Source: Octopus bimaculoides (Eukaryota). From it: 64,000 nucleotides of DNA. The stretch is taken from the NCBI RefSeq assembly GCF_001194135.2, contig NC_068982.1, positions 29,986,257 through 30,050,256 on the forward strand, given 5' to 3'. A program made the position numbers and the translations under genes. Shown here piece after piece: positions 63,547-64,000 of the stretch. Every line of letters begins with the position of its first letter. Within the stretch, counting starts at the first letter, position 1. The notes beneath the pieces are model-generated. The model was not told the origin of the DNA. It saw only the letters and a list, made by a program, of their open reading frames with translations, and did not search any database.

Positions 63547-64000
63547 AGAAATATTGTAGTTTCTTAGTATGAAACCATCATAGGTGGATGTCATGTTTAT
63601 TTTAAAAGTGAAGGTGTTAGGGTTAAAAGGGAAGCTGTTAGGTGAAGTGTGAAATTAGTCTAACACACCTTTTCTTTTGTTTACATTTTGCTTGGAGATA
63701 AGTTTCTGCCATTATTATGTGGAACACTTCAATTGGAATAACCAATAACAAACAGTCAATGGATTTTGAGTCAGACAGGATGAATGATTGGGTTTGGGTT
63801 CTTACCAAAATTTTGGAAGAGAAATATTTTATAAGTTTCCATTTCATTCTCTTTCTTGAAAAAATTGCTTTCACTATCATATTGCTGTCTGACTTGTTTA
63901 CATTATTGGAAATCGAAGCATTTGGTTCAAGCCTCACTACATATTTATACTTGTCTCATAATTTTTTATTTGCTGCATTTGAAAATCAGTCGAATTCAGA

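Noticed and set aside
61765-63960. Possible pogo/Tigger terminus (tacagtaaaacccc) and transposase-like scraps
   Set aside because: I found no matching opposite TIR and the translations are too degenerate to support a call.

Overview
AT-rich eukaryotic draft-assembly DNA with ten N gaps, dense (TA)n/(CA)n/(ATC)n microsatellites and repeat families typical of an octopod cephalopod; the taxon is my inference from repeat content. The only gene I can name is one + strand internal exon of the DEAD-box helicase DDX49 at 57902-58025. Its first exon and later exons are not visible in the window. A phase-consistent chain of minus-strand candidate exons (21575 down to 14745) may encode an unidentified protein. 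Nearly everything else is transposon-derived. This includes several tRNA-derived SINE families, RTE-type LINE fragments and 3' tails, the 3' end of an R4/Dong-like restriction-like-endonuclease LINE, and a decayed Penelope-like element (RT + GIY-YIG). It also includes minimal hammerhead-ribozyme motifs, TTAA/piggyBac-like and hAT MITEs, a Helentron-like element, and a probable Merlin-type MITE carrying a telomeric-repeat palindrome. Most ORFs in the supplied track are microsatellite, gap or SINE artefacts. I see no convincing new biological system; the best leads are the hammerhead motifs, the telomere-palindrome MITE and the unidentified spliced gene.
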